From contig JAANOX010000205.1 of NCBI GenBank assembly GCA_020184695.1, positions 310,001 through 374,000 on the forward strand: 64,000 bases of DNA, in the 5' to 3' direction. Shown here one piece after another: positions 32,212 to 44,098 of the stretch. The first letter of the stretch is position 1. Each line of letters starts with the position of its first letter. The position numbers and the translations under genes were made by a program. A model generated the notes under the pieces. The model did not search any database. It was given only the letters and a program-made list of their open reading frames with translations, and was not told the origin of the DNA. The stretch is from Histomonas meleagridis 2922-C6/04-290x (lineage: Eukaryota; Protista; Parabasalia).

Positions 32212-35201
32212 TTGAGTAAATAACTCAATATTTAATATTTTCATTGTTTTTATCTTCGAATGAAATAACAAAAAAAAAATGTTTTTCTTCGTTTACTGTT
32301 AAACCCAAAATTTCCTTTTTATGCATTCATTCTCTGTCTTCAATTTTTTTTGCTATGATCTAAAAAGAAATTTCTTGATCTTTCTCTTACTTTGCAGGTA
32401 TGGACAATTTACGGAATTGGATTTAGCCAACTTAATTTTCAATATTGCCTATTTCTACTTACTTGTGATATCATTATTATTCAGAAGAGAATCTCTATAA
32501 GATTTAAACAAAAAATCATTGTTTTATCCTTATAGAAAGATGAGAAAAAAAAGATTAATGTTTCTTGAGTATTCTCGTTTAATTTTAGTTATGCTTGTAA
32601 AATTAAATATGGTTTTAATTTCGGTTCTTGAAGAGTTTAATTAACAAAGAATAAGTGAAAACTTTTATTCAATGCTTTCATTCTTTTGACTTAATCATCA
32701 AAAAAAGTACAAAATATTTCAATTCTATCAAGTGGTATACCACCTTTTTGAGATAATTTTAAAAAACGAAATGGACTTTCTTTGCAGTTATTTTGAACAT
32801 CTCTTCTCTTGAACATTTTGAAAGAATATCAGTTTCTTCTTTATCTAAATTAGACCTATTAATAAAATCATTTGATCCTTTTAATTTCCTGAAAAATAAT
32901 TCAATCGATGAAATCCATCAAATTTATTTTTTTTCAAAAAATCTTTTATAAATGTTTCTTTTTTAAAATCCCTTCTTATGGCAAATTTGTCAAAATAAGT
33001 CAAATTGTGTTAAGGCTTGATCGGTTTCGACTGAAAAAATAGATATTTTAGTATAAAAGCATAAGAGGAAAAAAATGAATTTTATTAACCACCAAGGAAA
33101 AATTATAAAAAATAATACAATTTTCATATTAATTCATATATGATATTTAAACTTAATGACATCAATTTTTAAAGATATTTAATGTTGGTTAAATTTCTTT
33201 GGATGTTTTGAAGCAACCATGATTATTAATCAGCATTTTCTAATTTTTTGAATATTTCGATACACATTTAAAAAAATGTATTTATATTTTAAAATTATTA
33301 AAACTCATATTTATTCTTTAATTTGATTAAATGTTCATTAATTTTATAACTATAGATGAATTTTTTTTATTAGATGATTTTAGTGATTATTGTGTAAAAT
33401 TAATAAAATATCCACTCTTTTTTGCGCTGTAGAATATAATGAAGAATTTCATATATACCATGTAATAGTTCTTTATATGAGGATATGGGGAAATTTTTTC
33501 GAATTATTTAAAACACTATGTATAATGAGATGAACTCGAAATAAAAAATTCCCGCGCAATAAACTTCAGAAAATTGAGAACCCCTTAACGTACAGGAATT
33601 TTACAATCGGACGCGAACCTTAAAAAGTCTAAATGATGACAATCTTTAATTCATCTCTTTTTTCATCTAAGAATTTATGCATTCCTTTCTTCTTATTGAA
33701 TCTCTTTATTTTCAATAATCTATTGACTAATTCGAAGTTGATGTACGAGGAATGGTTAAATTTTTATTTGTTGTCACGTTCATTTAAAAATTTGGGGCGG
33801 TTTTTTGTAAAGCATTCAAAATATTCGTAACGTATTCAAAAAAGTTTTTGGTTTCGGCAATTTTCGACCGAAAAATTTGGCAGTGCTTTTTGGATCATAA
33901 TGAATTTTGTTTCGTTCTCTGAATTTTCTGCGTTGTTTTGTTGGAATCGATTATCCAATTAGAATATTCGTGCATAATATGTTTACTGTTGGCGCATTCT
34001 GTTGACTATCACTTGTTGCAGTTGTCGGAACTGTTGATGATAAAGGAATATATGAAAGCTGCGAATTCGTTTGGATTCATGTTTCCTAATTTTTTTTAAC
34101 TTGAATATATGGGTTCTAAATAATCACGGTGAATGAGACATGAACAACTAAAAAATATCTAAACAATAATCACATGAGCTAAAAAAAACTAAATGAGGCA
34201 CAAATAACAATTAATTGAAGCACACCAAATTGCAGTGGATAAACAAGATGCATTAAATGAATAAATAAAACCTAAAGAAATATTAAATATTATTTGAGAT
34301 ACAAATGAATGAGGAAGATGAATTAAATGACTAAATAGGGGGTATTAAATAGATATATGAGCATCAAAATAAAAAAAAATATGTGCTACAAGAATAAATA
34401 ATATAATGATTAAAAGTTGTATTATACAAGTGAATGAGTATCAGGTAACTAAATATGGTGAGGTTCAAATCAAATCATAAGCTCAAATCGATGACCGTTA
34501 ATTGATAAAGCTTTTTGAGCTGACTTAAAAAGCTCTATCGTTTATAGTTCTTGAATAACGGGGTTCCCTACTTTTTGAATAAATTTTCGCGGGGTTTTTT
34601 AACTGATTAATTTTCCGCGGAAAAAACCGTTCTGGAGACCGTTTTCGCTATGAAAATTCTCAATTTCAAAAATCACGGTTGTTTGATCGTCTTTATGTAG
34701 AAAAAGTGAAGAATTCAATTGATAAACTCCTGGAAATGCAAAAGTGCATACAAATTCCCCACTCCTGCCATGCTTGGCATCCCCGATGATCCAGCATCAA
34801 AAAATCGGTTTTCTGATCATTTTTTCACTTTGGAAATAAGCGCTTTCGTTTTCATTTTGAAATAGCTATTCCAAATAAACATTCGGAAATGATTTTCAAA
34901 TCCTAACCCTGTTGGACGGTGATTTTTCTAAGGAAAACAAGCATCCTTAAGTTCTAAATTAAATTTCTCAAGATTTTATTAAAGATATGCAATTGAAACG
35001 TTTTAATTTTCATTAAACAGAAGTGCATCAACGCATTTTGCGCGTTATTATGTTGTCTTTTAGATGGGTTAATTAAAAACAACACATTTTTTTTCAAACA
35101 AGATTTTAATGTTTTAAAAGCCATTGCACAAAATTTTAGTTTGGAAAATTTGAGAACACAATTTTGGAATTGAATTATTTCACTGTGTCAGTGAATCATC
35201 A

Positions 35202-36047
35202 ATGGCTCAAAAAATGACAGATGAAGCACCTCGGGGAAACTTCCAGCCAAAGTTCTTTGAGTTGCTAAATGTTGAAAACCAGAAAGAATACCTAAAACTT
35301 CGCAATACACTTTCTTCTCATTTTTGTAGAAATCGGCGCGGGAAAAGAATAGAAACATTCAGCGAAACTTTATTAACAATTCAAAACTTTTGTATAAGGC
35401 ATAACGAAGATGATTGGAAGCGTTGCCTCGTATGTGGCATATGTTGGATTCCAAATGGAATTGCAATTAATACTCGTCAATTAGGTCATCTTATTGATAA
35501 ATGTAAGTCATCTATCAATGGGTCTTTTCAGAAAATGGGGTATACAACTCTACAAAGTCGTGAAGAATCTGCAGCTTATCTTGTTGAAGCAATTCCAAGT
35601 TTACTAAATAATTATGCTGAATTACGAGAGTGGACAGTCCGTACTTTTACGGCAGCCACTCCACAGCCAGGTTTACCACCATATTGTGTTAACACAATTT
35701 ATCCATTTGCATCACCAGCACCACAGAGGCCTCAATTTTTAGCATATCCAAATCTTCCTCCACCAAGAGTTCCAACTCCAGCAGTTAATGTTCCACTTGT
35801 TACACCTCAAATTTTCCAAGAAAGTAAATATGTATCATCACCAACAACAATTCAACAAATTGAAGAACCAATCATTGACCTTATGGAAGACCAACAATCT
35901 TCACAATCACAAGAATTCGAAACTGATAATTTTCAAAATGATATGTTTTGTCTAACTCCATCATTTCTTATTGAAAATGATCCAAACGATTTCCCAACGA
36001 ATGGTAATGAAGATAACATATTCGAAGAAAATATTTTTGAATCTTAG
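35202..36047 (+). CDS. Initiator-binding-domain (IBD, IBP39-like) transcription factor
   Basis: DDWKRCLVCGICW, GIAINTRQLGHLIDKCKSSINGSFQKMGY typical of the trichomonad IBD family, followed by a Pro-rich and acidic tail. Confidence 0.85.
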   Translation: MAQKMTDEAPRGNFQPKFFELLNVENQKEYLKLRNTLSSHFCRNRRGKRIETFSETLLTIQNFCIRHNEDDWKRCLVCGICWIPNGIAINTRQLGHLIDKCKSSINGSFQKMGYTTLQSREESAAYLVEAIPSLLNNYAELREWTVRTFTAATPQPGLPPYCVNTIYPFASPAPQRPQFLAYPNLPPPRVPTPAVNVPLVTPQIFQESKYVSSPTTIQQIEEPIIDLMEDQQSSQSQEFETDNFQNDMFCLTPSFLIENDPNDFPTNGNEDNIFEENIFES

Positions 36048-36271
36048 TTCAATTTGTTCAATAATTACAGAGTAATACCATTTAATAAAATATAAATTAT
36101 CATGGTTTTGCCCAGGAATTGGATTTAATTGTGTTCTTATGGAGAACATAAAAAAATCTTATTTTATATATTAAAAATACCATTGTTGAAAACATTTTGC
36201 AAATTTTCTTTATTTGATCGTTTTTTCATAGAAATGCTTTAAAAAAGTTCTATAAAAATTGTCAAAATTTT

Positions 36272-36347
36272 GGATAATCGCTTAAATCTACCAACTTTTT
36301 AAATGACAAATATTCAATACTTTATAAAAGCTTTTTGAATAAAATTA
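36272..36347 (+). repeat. MULE left TIR
   Basis: Exact reverse complement of 38356-38431, checked base by base. Confidence 0.95.
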
Positions 36348-36380
36348 AACTAAGTAGGCATATTTGAACTAATACCATCA

Positions 36381-38251
36381 ATGTCCGACTATGACGATTA
36401 TCAAACTCCTCCCTCTCTTCTTTCAGCTTTTAAAGATATAGATGGTGCCTTATTTCTGGATGTTCCTTCATATATTGCAAAAGTTCGAGAAGTTTCAGAT
36501 CATTTTAAATGTCGATTCGTTTCTCTCTCAACAGGAAATTCACGCTCGCTACAGATCTTTTGTTGTCAACATAGAACCACAATTTATAATTGCAAAGCTT
36601 GTGTTAGATTCAACTATTGTCAACAAACTAAAATTGCTACATTCCATTCATGTGATAATGTACACACGCACACAATGGGAGCACTTGTACAACATCGCAT
36701 TAGAAATCATTTAACAACTTCTCAAAAGGAGAGGATTAGATATGCTACAAGAATGGGAGTTTCTGCTTATACACTAAGGATGCAGGAAAGATTGACTTGT
36801 ACAAAAGACGTTCTATATTCTGCTCGGCGCAAAGAAATAGCAGAATTAAATAACAATGAAATGAGCAATTTATTCAATGAGATGAAAAATTGGAAAAATT
36901 GGTCTAATTTAATTGATGTAAATAAGGAGAATGAGATGGAGTCATGCTACGTTTTTCACGATCCAATTACTCATTCGGATTATTCAAAAGATATTGGTAT
37001 AATAGATGATACTTCTTGCACAAATTTTTCTGGAATGCCACTATTGGTTATTTTATTCGAAGATGAAAATGCAAGAAGTCAACTTCTTTCATTTTCAATT
37101 ATATCATCGAGAACACTATCTTCTTTTGTAGATTATTTTACAATTGTTGAAGAAAAAGTTGGAGAAATACGTTTGTTCATTTGTGACAGAAACAAAACGC
37201 AAATACAAGCTTTAAAGACAGTATTTCCAAATTGTAAGATTATATTTTGTGCTGTACATATTGGTCGTAATATTCAGTCGAAGGTGGGAAATGAAATGTT
37301 CGATTTATATCAAAAGATGCGTTGTCTTGAAATCACTGAAGAAGAATTCTTGGAAGCATGTGAAAAACATATTCAGGAACATCCAAACCAAAAATCTCCA
37401 GGCTTCTCAAAAAACTGATACAAGAAAAGGAGCACTGGCTTCCCAGTATAATTTCTACTTATGGACATTGTGATAACGTGACTACAAATAGAATTGAGGG
37501 TTTCTTTGATTCTTCGAAAAACTCAATAGAACACAAATTACAAACATTATCAAATCTTGTTAAAGCTTTATATATTAGGGGTGAAAGGTTATTACTAACA
37601 TCCATTAACGAAAAGAAGATTAGCTTACCTGAGCAGTTAAAGAATTTTAATGACATGGAAAAAATTGGTTCTTATGCACTGGCAATAATTCTATCAGAGT
37701 ATATTGATTCACAAGAAAAAGGGGTACTATCTATTAATTTTTCAAACAATTGTTGCAAAAACCACCAAATGTTTGGATTGCCATGTCGTCATTTGATGCT
37801 TGAACTAATGTTAATAGATGATTTTTTTCTGATAACTTTAAACGATATTCCAAATAGATGGCGGAGAAGCTTTGATAAACAACCAGATCAACCAAATAGT
37901 ATTCAAACATTTAAAAAAGAAAAAGCTTTGAATAATGACTGGTCATTTGATGGATGTATTAATATATTTGAGAAGTATTTTAGTAACGCAAACAGATCGA
38001 ATCGAATAAGAGAAATTCTGGATCAAACCATAAATGATCTTCATGCTATAGAACATGGTAATAAATCTGAAAATGACATAGATATATTACCTCCAGACAA
38101 TCTGCTCTTACCAGGTGCACATTTTACTCATCCAAGGCAAAATGTTGAAAGACCTGGTGCTAAACGAAAACGAAAGAAATATGCGTGTAGCATATGCAAT
38201 TCAACAGATCATACTGCACCAAGATGTCCCTATAATGTATTAATAAGTTAA
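36381..38251 (+). pseudogene. MULE transposase with SWIM and zinc knuckle, split by a 1-nt frameshift near 37390-37410
   Basis: IIDDT, FICDRNKTQIQALKTVFP..IIFCAVHIGRN, TTNRIEG, SWIM CCKNHQMFGLPCRH and CSICNSTDHTAPRC. The -1 frame RLLKKLIQEKEHWLPS bridges the two ORFs. Confidence 0.88.
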
Positions 38252-38355
38252 ATTATATTAATAAAAAATTTAATTCTTATTGTTATATTGTTCTGACTTA
38301 TGAATATTTATTTTTATAAGTATTATAATACCAATGTTTTTATTTCTTGCTTTTG

Positions 38356-38431
38356 TAATTTTATTCAAAAAGCTTTTATAAAGTATTGAATATTTGTCAT
38401 TTAAAAAGTTGGTAGATTTAAGCGATTATCC
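38356..38431 (-). repeat. MULE right TIR
   Basis: Exact reverse complement of 36272-36347. Confidence 0.95.
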
Positions 38432-38455
38432 CAAAATAAATTATTATTATTTTTC

Positions 38456-40195
38456 ATGTCAACTATTTTAGGTAACGGAGGAGCACAGCACATAATATGC
38501 TCCGCAGGCTCAAAAATAGTGGCAATATTTTTTTATAATAATCTAAGGATATATCCTGAAATTCATGATTTCTGGGAATCTTTGGTTCCACTTCAAAAAA
38601 ACATTTTGTTCTGTACAGCAGAATGTAATACATGCACAGCAGAGGCAAAAGAGTTTACCATTTTTGTAAGTCCTACCTTTGTTTTCATCCAAAATAGGAA
38701 AATGGTGTATAGATTTGTAAGCAATGATCTTAATAAAATTAAACATTTGGTTGTTAATTTCATTAACAATCCCCAGCCAAAAGTACAAACAAACAAACAA
38801 ACATGTGGACAAAAAAAAACAATTAATTCTAAATTCAAAATATTTGCCTGTTCTAATCAAGCAAATAATCTGTTACGAAACAATAAATATTTAATTGCTG
38901 AAGAAAATGATAATATTTTAAATCAACAAAGTTTTCTCGCGAGACTTGTACCAGGTAAACAGAAAATCAAATATTTAAAGAATATTGATGTATGTTGTGA
39001 TTTTCTTTTATATCATCAAGCATATTATGATGGATATAAATTTATATGTAATTCATGTTCAAGAAAATATTCCAAATTTATTGATCTTGCTCAACATGTT
39101 TTTGTATCACATCAGCCAAAAAATAAAACTATTTCAGAAAAACATTATAATTTTAAATATTTATTTTCTAAATTTTTAATTTCTCGATCATATGCAAACA
39201 TTCCTTTTATATATACATATCAACAAACAGATTTCAAAAATATAAAAATTTTTGATAAAAATTATACAATTTTTGATGAAAATAAAGGTTTTATGTGTGA
39301 AATATGTCAAGAAAAATATGAAAATAACAAAGAAATTATTATTCATTTTTGTCAAGAACATAAAAGAATCTTCAGCGAAATGCTTAATGTTAATATAAAA
39401 GAAATAACTGAATATTTCAATGAAATTTTCACAGAGAATAAAAGCAAAGGAAATAATATTACATCTAAAGGAAATGAACAACAAACAAAAGAGACACAAA
39501 ATCAAATCACAGAAACAATACAACGAAACAATGAATATTTAACAGAAGAAAATGAGCAACAAACAAAAACGAAACAAAATTCAATTAATCAAAATCAATT
39601 TTTCGGATTTAATACCGAAAATATTTCACAATACTTATCTTCAAGCACAAAAAATCGATATAAAAATGTCGCAATGAAGGCTATTTTATATAAATTCATT
39701 GAAATGCTTCCTACTGACCAAAAAATGAAATACTTTTCGCAAATCAATTTTGTAAGTGATTATATTCTATACAATTACGCAACATATGATAAAAAGGACA
39801 ATGTTTTTAAATGTAAAATGTGTAATTGTAATTTTCGTGATTTCGATCTTCTTCAACAACATTGTTTATCTAAACACAAAGCAAACGATCTTAAATTTAA
39901 TTATTCATTTGTTGATCCGCAGCAAATTCTTGCAAAATATTTAGCAGCACTTTCATTTGTTAATTTTCCATTTAAATTGACATATAAACAAAACCAATTT
40001 ATAAATTTGAAACAGGTCCAAACAAATAAAATTGTTTTTGATGAAAGGAAAGGTAATTATTGTAACATATGTAATATACCATTAGAATCACCTGAAATGT
40101 TGGTTGAACATTGTTGGGATGATCACATAGACCATTTTATTGATATTATTCCTATTCCTCAGTATGTTCTTAAACAAATTCAATCAATTCCATAA
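38456..40195 (+). CDS. Thioredoxin-like N-terminal domain plus a duplicated module with four C2H2-type zinc fingers
   Basis: The N-terminal region has thioredoxin-fold features (IVAIFFY...SPTFVFIQN) without CxxC at the active-site position. Fingers are CNSC..H..H, CEIC..H..H, CKMC..H..H and CNIC..H..H. Confidence 0.7.
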   Translation: MSTILGNGGAQHIICSAGSKIVAIFFYNNLRIYPEIHDFWESLVPLQKNILFCTAECNTCTAEAKEFTIFVSPTFVFIQNRKMVYRFVSNDLNKIKHLVVNFINNPQPKVQTNKQTCGQKKTINSKFKIFACSNQANNLLRNNKYLIAEENDNILNQQSFLARLVPGKQKIKYLKNIDVCCDFLLYHQAYYDGYKFICNSCSRKYSKFIDLAQHVFVSHQPKNKTISEKHYNFKYLFSKFLISRSYANIPFIYTYQQTDFKNIKIFDKNYTIFDENKGFMCEICQEKYENNKEIIIHFCQEHKRIFSEMLNVNIKEITEYFNEIFTENKSKGNNITSKGNEQQTKETQNQITETIQRNNEYLTEENEQQTKTKQNSINQNQFFGFNTENISQYLSSSTKNRYKNVAMKAILYKFIEMLPTDQKMKYFSQINFVSDYILYNYATYDKKDNVFKCKMCNCNFRDFDLLQQHCLSKHKANDLKFNYSFVDPQQILAKYLAALSFVNFPFKLTYKQNQFINLKQVQTNKIVFDERKGNYCNICNIPLESPEMLVEHCWDDHIDHFIDIIPIPQYVLKQIQSIP

Positions 40196-40733
40196 AGTTG
40201 CCGAAGAAATCTCTATCCAAACACATTTTTTTGTATTTAAATAAAATCTTTAAAAAAAATCATTTTTTTCAGTGAATAACAAAAAATACCTTAACATCAA
40301 TCAGTTGTGTATGGTTATGTAGTGTGTTTTTAGATCACAAAAAATGTCAAAATTCAAATTTGCTCATCATTCTCTGAGTTTAAAAAGCAATTGAACAAGA
40401 TCTCTCGATGATCCTATAACATTATAATAATTGTTGAATACCGTTTTGTGTGTCTTTTTGATTTTGGAATTGTAAAAATTAAAATATTTTGAATGATAAA
40501 GTTTTACATATTATTTGTTTATTGTTTTTTGAATTATGAATTTAGTTACATACAAATTTGTCGAAGGAATCATCATAAAGTTATGTTTTGAGAAATAATT
40601 TTTCATTTAAAATAAAAGATAGTTTCAAATTAATTTGATGTTTATTGTTTTTTAATTAATGAGCGACATTAACATAATCAATGTACAATTATGATTAAGT
40701 GATTATTTATGCGAAGCATCGAATAGAGATATT

Positions 40734-41138
40734 CTATTCACGAAATACTTCCTGAAACTCAGATAATCTTTGGATGTTAAAGTCTTGAGTAAGAGTATTT
40801 AAATAATTTTGAAGTTCAATTTGTCTTTGCTGCAAAAACTTTGCATTTGTATTTCCAAACCATTTTTTAGGAGGAAATTTTGGAAGCTTATCTTTATATA
40901 TATCTATTTTCCTTAATGTTTGATCCATCTTTTGTAGGTCAGAAAACCTTAATTTATATGTAGTTATTACAATATCGTTCATATTTTGAATCCCTATTTG
41001 AATTTCATATATAACAGCCTGCAAATCCCAATCATATTTATGACTTTGAATAAATATATACATAGGTGGGGAAGTTATACTTTGTTTAAGAAGTTTTTGT
41101 TTATAAAGAGGTAGTGATGCCACTGGAATCCTGAACAT
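40734..41138 (-). CDS. Small PX-domain protein
   Basis: RFSDLQKM, LPKFPPKKWFG and FLQQRQIELQNYL. The first ATG is at 41138; the ORF track starts at a TTG. Confidence 0.85.
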   Translation of the reverse strand: MFRIPVASLPLYKQKLLKQSITSPPMYIFIQSHKYDWDLQAVIYEIQIGIQNMNDIVITTYKLRFSDLQKMDQTLRKIDIYKDKLPKFPPKKWFGNTNAKFLQQRQIELQNYLNTLTQDFNIQRLSEFQEVFRE

Positions 41139-41475
41139 AAAAAAATTAAATAACCTCAAAATTTTCTATCTCTTCTTTTATATCGTTAAATATTCAATCA
41201 ATAGTTCATTCAAGAAAATTTCATAAAAAATCGATATTTAACATAATACATTGTCAGCTACATAAAAAGTCAACAATTTTTTTTTTTTGTGAAAACAGAT
41301 AAAAAGAAAAAGTAAATTGAGAAATGAGAAATTATCAATCGCACATTATAGAAATGATCATCTCCAATAAAATAACAAGTGTAAAATTAACACATTTCCA
41401 AAGTTATCACTCATTTTTATAAATATCAAAAGTTTAATCACAACATAAACAAATTTTGTTGAAAGATTCTTTTTC

Positions 41476-42600
41476 TTATGTATAAAGCATTTGTTCTTTA
41501 TATGATTGTTTCTGAGTATAATTATTTGACTTAGAAGTTAATGGTTGATCTAATGTCATTAATTGTTTAAGTTCATTTTCGAGTTCTGTTTCATCAACAT
41601 CATTTCTTGATAATATATAATTTGTGTTTTCATCAGCAGCAATTATCAAATCATTGATGTCGTCATTTAACTCATCTATTTCATCATGCGTTGGAAGTTT
41701 CGTTTGTTTCATTGCTGAGACAGAATCTGCATAAGTAGAAGCAACTCTACTATTAAATTCGCTTTGATCAAATTTGTGCATAATGATTAATTGTTGATTA
41801 TAAAGTTGTGATAATGTTGTTTCTTGTCGTTCATATGAAGCTTTGTACATAAGACATTTTTTAGCTTCGTCACGTTTTCCTTTACGAGCTAATTCTCGTG
41901 CTTTCGCAATTGATTCAGATATTTTCGTATTAAGTTCATCAATTTTGATTTGTATCTTATGTATCGTTTGCTTGTTGTGAAGAATTGTTTTAATCGTGTC
42001 ATTATTTGGAACTATAATCCCTTTAATTTTGAAGTAATAGCCATCTTCAAATGATTTAATGTCTTTGGTTCGTTTTATTTCCGTAAAAAGTAAATCTTCT
42101 GGTATGTCACTTATCTTAGATTTGACTTCTTCTTTGGTTAATACTACATCTGTAAGTGACGAGGACATAGACTCAACAACGCTGATTAAATGTTGTATTT
42201 TGAGCTTGAGATTTTGTGAAAATATATAAATATCACATGGTGGAGATGTTGTAAAAAGTCCAATTAAACAAGATGAAATAGATGATATTAATGAAGAGTT
42301 TCGAAGATATTTGTCCTTTGGTTGAATGATCTTTTGCTTAACGAGAAAATCAATAGCTGGGCGAAGTGGAGGATAAACTGTATTAAAAGCTAATGCTTCT
42401 GATAAAAGGTCAACAGAAAATTCTAAGCAATTGGTTTGTGCTCCCCATCTTTTAATGAGTGTTGACCAAAATTTGATTTGTGAATCATATTGTGATTGAT
42501 CCATTTCTCTTTCACAAAGATATCGATAAAGATATACATAATCTTCTGGATGGAACATTTTATCAAAAATACATTTGGCTTCATAATAAATATCATCCAT
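41476..42600 (-). CDS. CHMP7: CHMP7-like ESCRT-II/III hybrid protein
   Basis: N-terminal winged-helix-like region (QIKFWSTLIKRW) followed by a Snf7 coiled coil (ARKGKRDEAKKCLMYK...DEIDEL...DVDETELENELKQL). Confidence 0.75.
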   Translation of the reverse strand: MDDIYYEAKCIFDKMFHPEDYVYLYRYLCEREMDQSQYDSQIKFWSTLIKRWGAQTNCLEFSVDLLSEALAFNTVYPPLRPAIDFLVKQKIIQPKDKYLRNSSLISSISSCLIGLFTTSPPCDIYIFSQNLKLKIQHLISVVESMSSSLTDVVLTKEEVKSKISDIPEDLLFTEIKRTKDIKSFEDGYYFKIKGIIVPNNDTIKTILHNKQTIHKIQIKIDELNTKISESIAKARELARKGKRDEAKKCLMYKASYERQETTLSQLYNQQLIIMHKFDQSEFNSRVASTYADSVSAMKQTKLPTHDEIDELNDDINDLIIAADENTNYILSRNDVDETELENELKQLMTLDQPLTSKSNNYTQKQSYKEQMLYT

Positions 42601-42620
42601 TTTTTTAAATTTTAGGAAAT

Positions 42621-44003
42621 ATGTACGTTTATTTATTTAATATGGAAAAATTTAAAAATGAAATCTTAGAAACAAATAACGAAGAGTGTTTATCAATAGT
42701 AAATGATGATCTCAAAGATTATATTTGGATTGAAGAATTCTGTAGAATGTTTTATACTCTTCATGAAAATAGAGAATTTGATCAATTGTTCCAAGCACTT
42801 AATAACCTTCCTGACTTTGAATGTTATTCTATGTACGAAAGGTTACCAGAGATAGCAGAGTCAGAAGATTTTTTAGAACATATTTGCTCATTTTTTAATG
42901 AAAATCAAATACCATTTATCGGATATATGTTACCACTACTTAACATATTCTTTGTTGTGAATCATAATTTTGATAACCATCTTTTAATTCCGCATCATAT
43001 TGTAGAAATGTTATTTCATATTTTCCCAATGGTTGATTTTGAGAATCAAGATTTCATTTTACAAGTTGTAGGAACAATTTCAAAGGAAGATGAAATTTTA
43101 AGAGATTATGCTATTTCAATATTCTCAATAGATTTCTTAAATTTTTTGCTTGATAAGACCAATGACTACAATTCATCAATATCATTTGTATTAAATTGCT
43201 ATATGATGCACAAAATTGAAGATGATTCACTAGTTCAATCTTCTTTTTATTTTGCCCACAAACTTTTCATGAGTACTTTCACAGATTCTATGAAAGTTCT
43301 TGATTCCAAAGTATCGATTCAAGCACTTAACTCAATAATATTAATGATCAATTGGAATAAAAATGTAATTGGCGAACTTACAAATATAAAATTCGACATT
43401 ACACTTGAAAAAATAATACTACAAAATCAAAATAGTTTGGATTTAGTCTATAGGTCACTTCATTTAGTTGAAATTTTTTGTAAATATCAAATGCCGAATA
43501 TTAAATTTTCAACAATTCTTTCACAAATTAAATATCCCACAGATAAACCTTCCATACAACAAGTTGAGTCTATTTGTATTGCATGTAAAATTGCTCTTTA
43601 TTATATTTCTAATCAAATGAATCAAGGTTATACAAAACGATTAGTACCAGTTTTAATGTGTTTGTTTGGTATTGGTAACTTCAAAACTCGAATAGCTGCT
43701 TTAAAAGTATTAAGATTATTGATAAATATAGAAAATGATGAAGAAATATTGGATCAAATTTTGTCAGAAGAATTCTTTGATGCAATTTTTATGATGTTCG
43801 ATTCTGATAAAAAACAGATTTTATTGTGTTTACATGTGTTAGAAGAAATTCATATTAAGAAAATGAAACAAGGAAACAATTCGTATCTTTATGATATTTT
43901 GGTTTCAAAAGATGAAATAGAAGAAATAAATGAGCTTTCACTATCAGAAAATGTGGATATCTCAGTTGTTGCTTCTAATTTGCTTACTGTAATATCTCCT
44001 TGA
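42621..44003 (+). CDS. ARM/HEAT-repeat protein (importin-alpha-like fold)
   Basis: 460-aa helical ORF with ARM-like segments. The start may be 42642. Confidence 0.55.
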   Translation: MYVYLFNMEKFKNEILETNNEECLSIVNDDLKDYIWIEEFCRMFYTLHENREFDQLFQALNNLPDFECYSMYERLPEIAESEDFLEHICSFFNENQIPFIGYMLPLLNIFFVVNHNFDNHLLIPHHIVEMLFHIFPMVDFENQDFILQVVGTISKEDEILRDYAISIFSIDFLNFLLDKTNDYNSSISFVLNCYMMHKIEDDSLVQSSFYFAHKLFMSTFTDSMKVLDSKVSIQALNSIILMINWNKNVIGELTNIKFDITLEKIILQNQNSLDLVYRSLHLVEIFCKYQMPNIKFSTILSQIKYPTDKPSIQQVESICIACKIALYYISNQMNQGYTKRLVPVLMCLFGIGNFKTRIAALKVLRLLINIENDEEILDQILSEEFFDAIFMMFDSDKKQILLCLHVLEEIHIKKMKQGNNSYLYDILVSKDEIEEINELSLSENVDISVVASNLLTVISP

Positions 44004-44098
44004 AGAAATGAAAAATGTTTTCTAAGTAAATCATTTAATTTCCTATCGTTATTTAATTCAGTCGTACGTTATAACATTTTCATGTCACATGACAGATA

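Larger units (their letters stand above)
36272..38431 (+). mobile_element. Mutator-like (MULE) DNA transposon, 2160 bp
   Basis: Perfect 76-bp TIRs (36272-36347 and 38356-38431, GGATAATCGC...) enclose a MULE transposase. The TSD is only partial (caaaatttt vs caaaataaa). Confidence 0.92.

Noticed and set aside
27800-33830. Stand-alone short ORFs in AT-rich intergenic DNA (27800-28003, 30944-31276, 33633-33830; also 20177-20371 and 51812-52090)
   Set aside because: They have F/I/L/Y-rich composition typical of random AT-rich frames, often non-ATG starts, and no homology signal.
33540-34670. Possible TIR pair (CCCGCG/CGCGGG and GAAAATTGAGAA/TTCTCAATTTC)
   Set aside because: The motif order is not mirror-symmetric and the matches are short.
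36263-36271. 9-bp TSD of the MULE
   Set aside because: Only 6 of 9 bases match the right flank, and the shared CAAAAT can equally be read as an extension of the inverted repeat.
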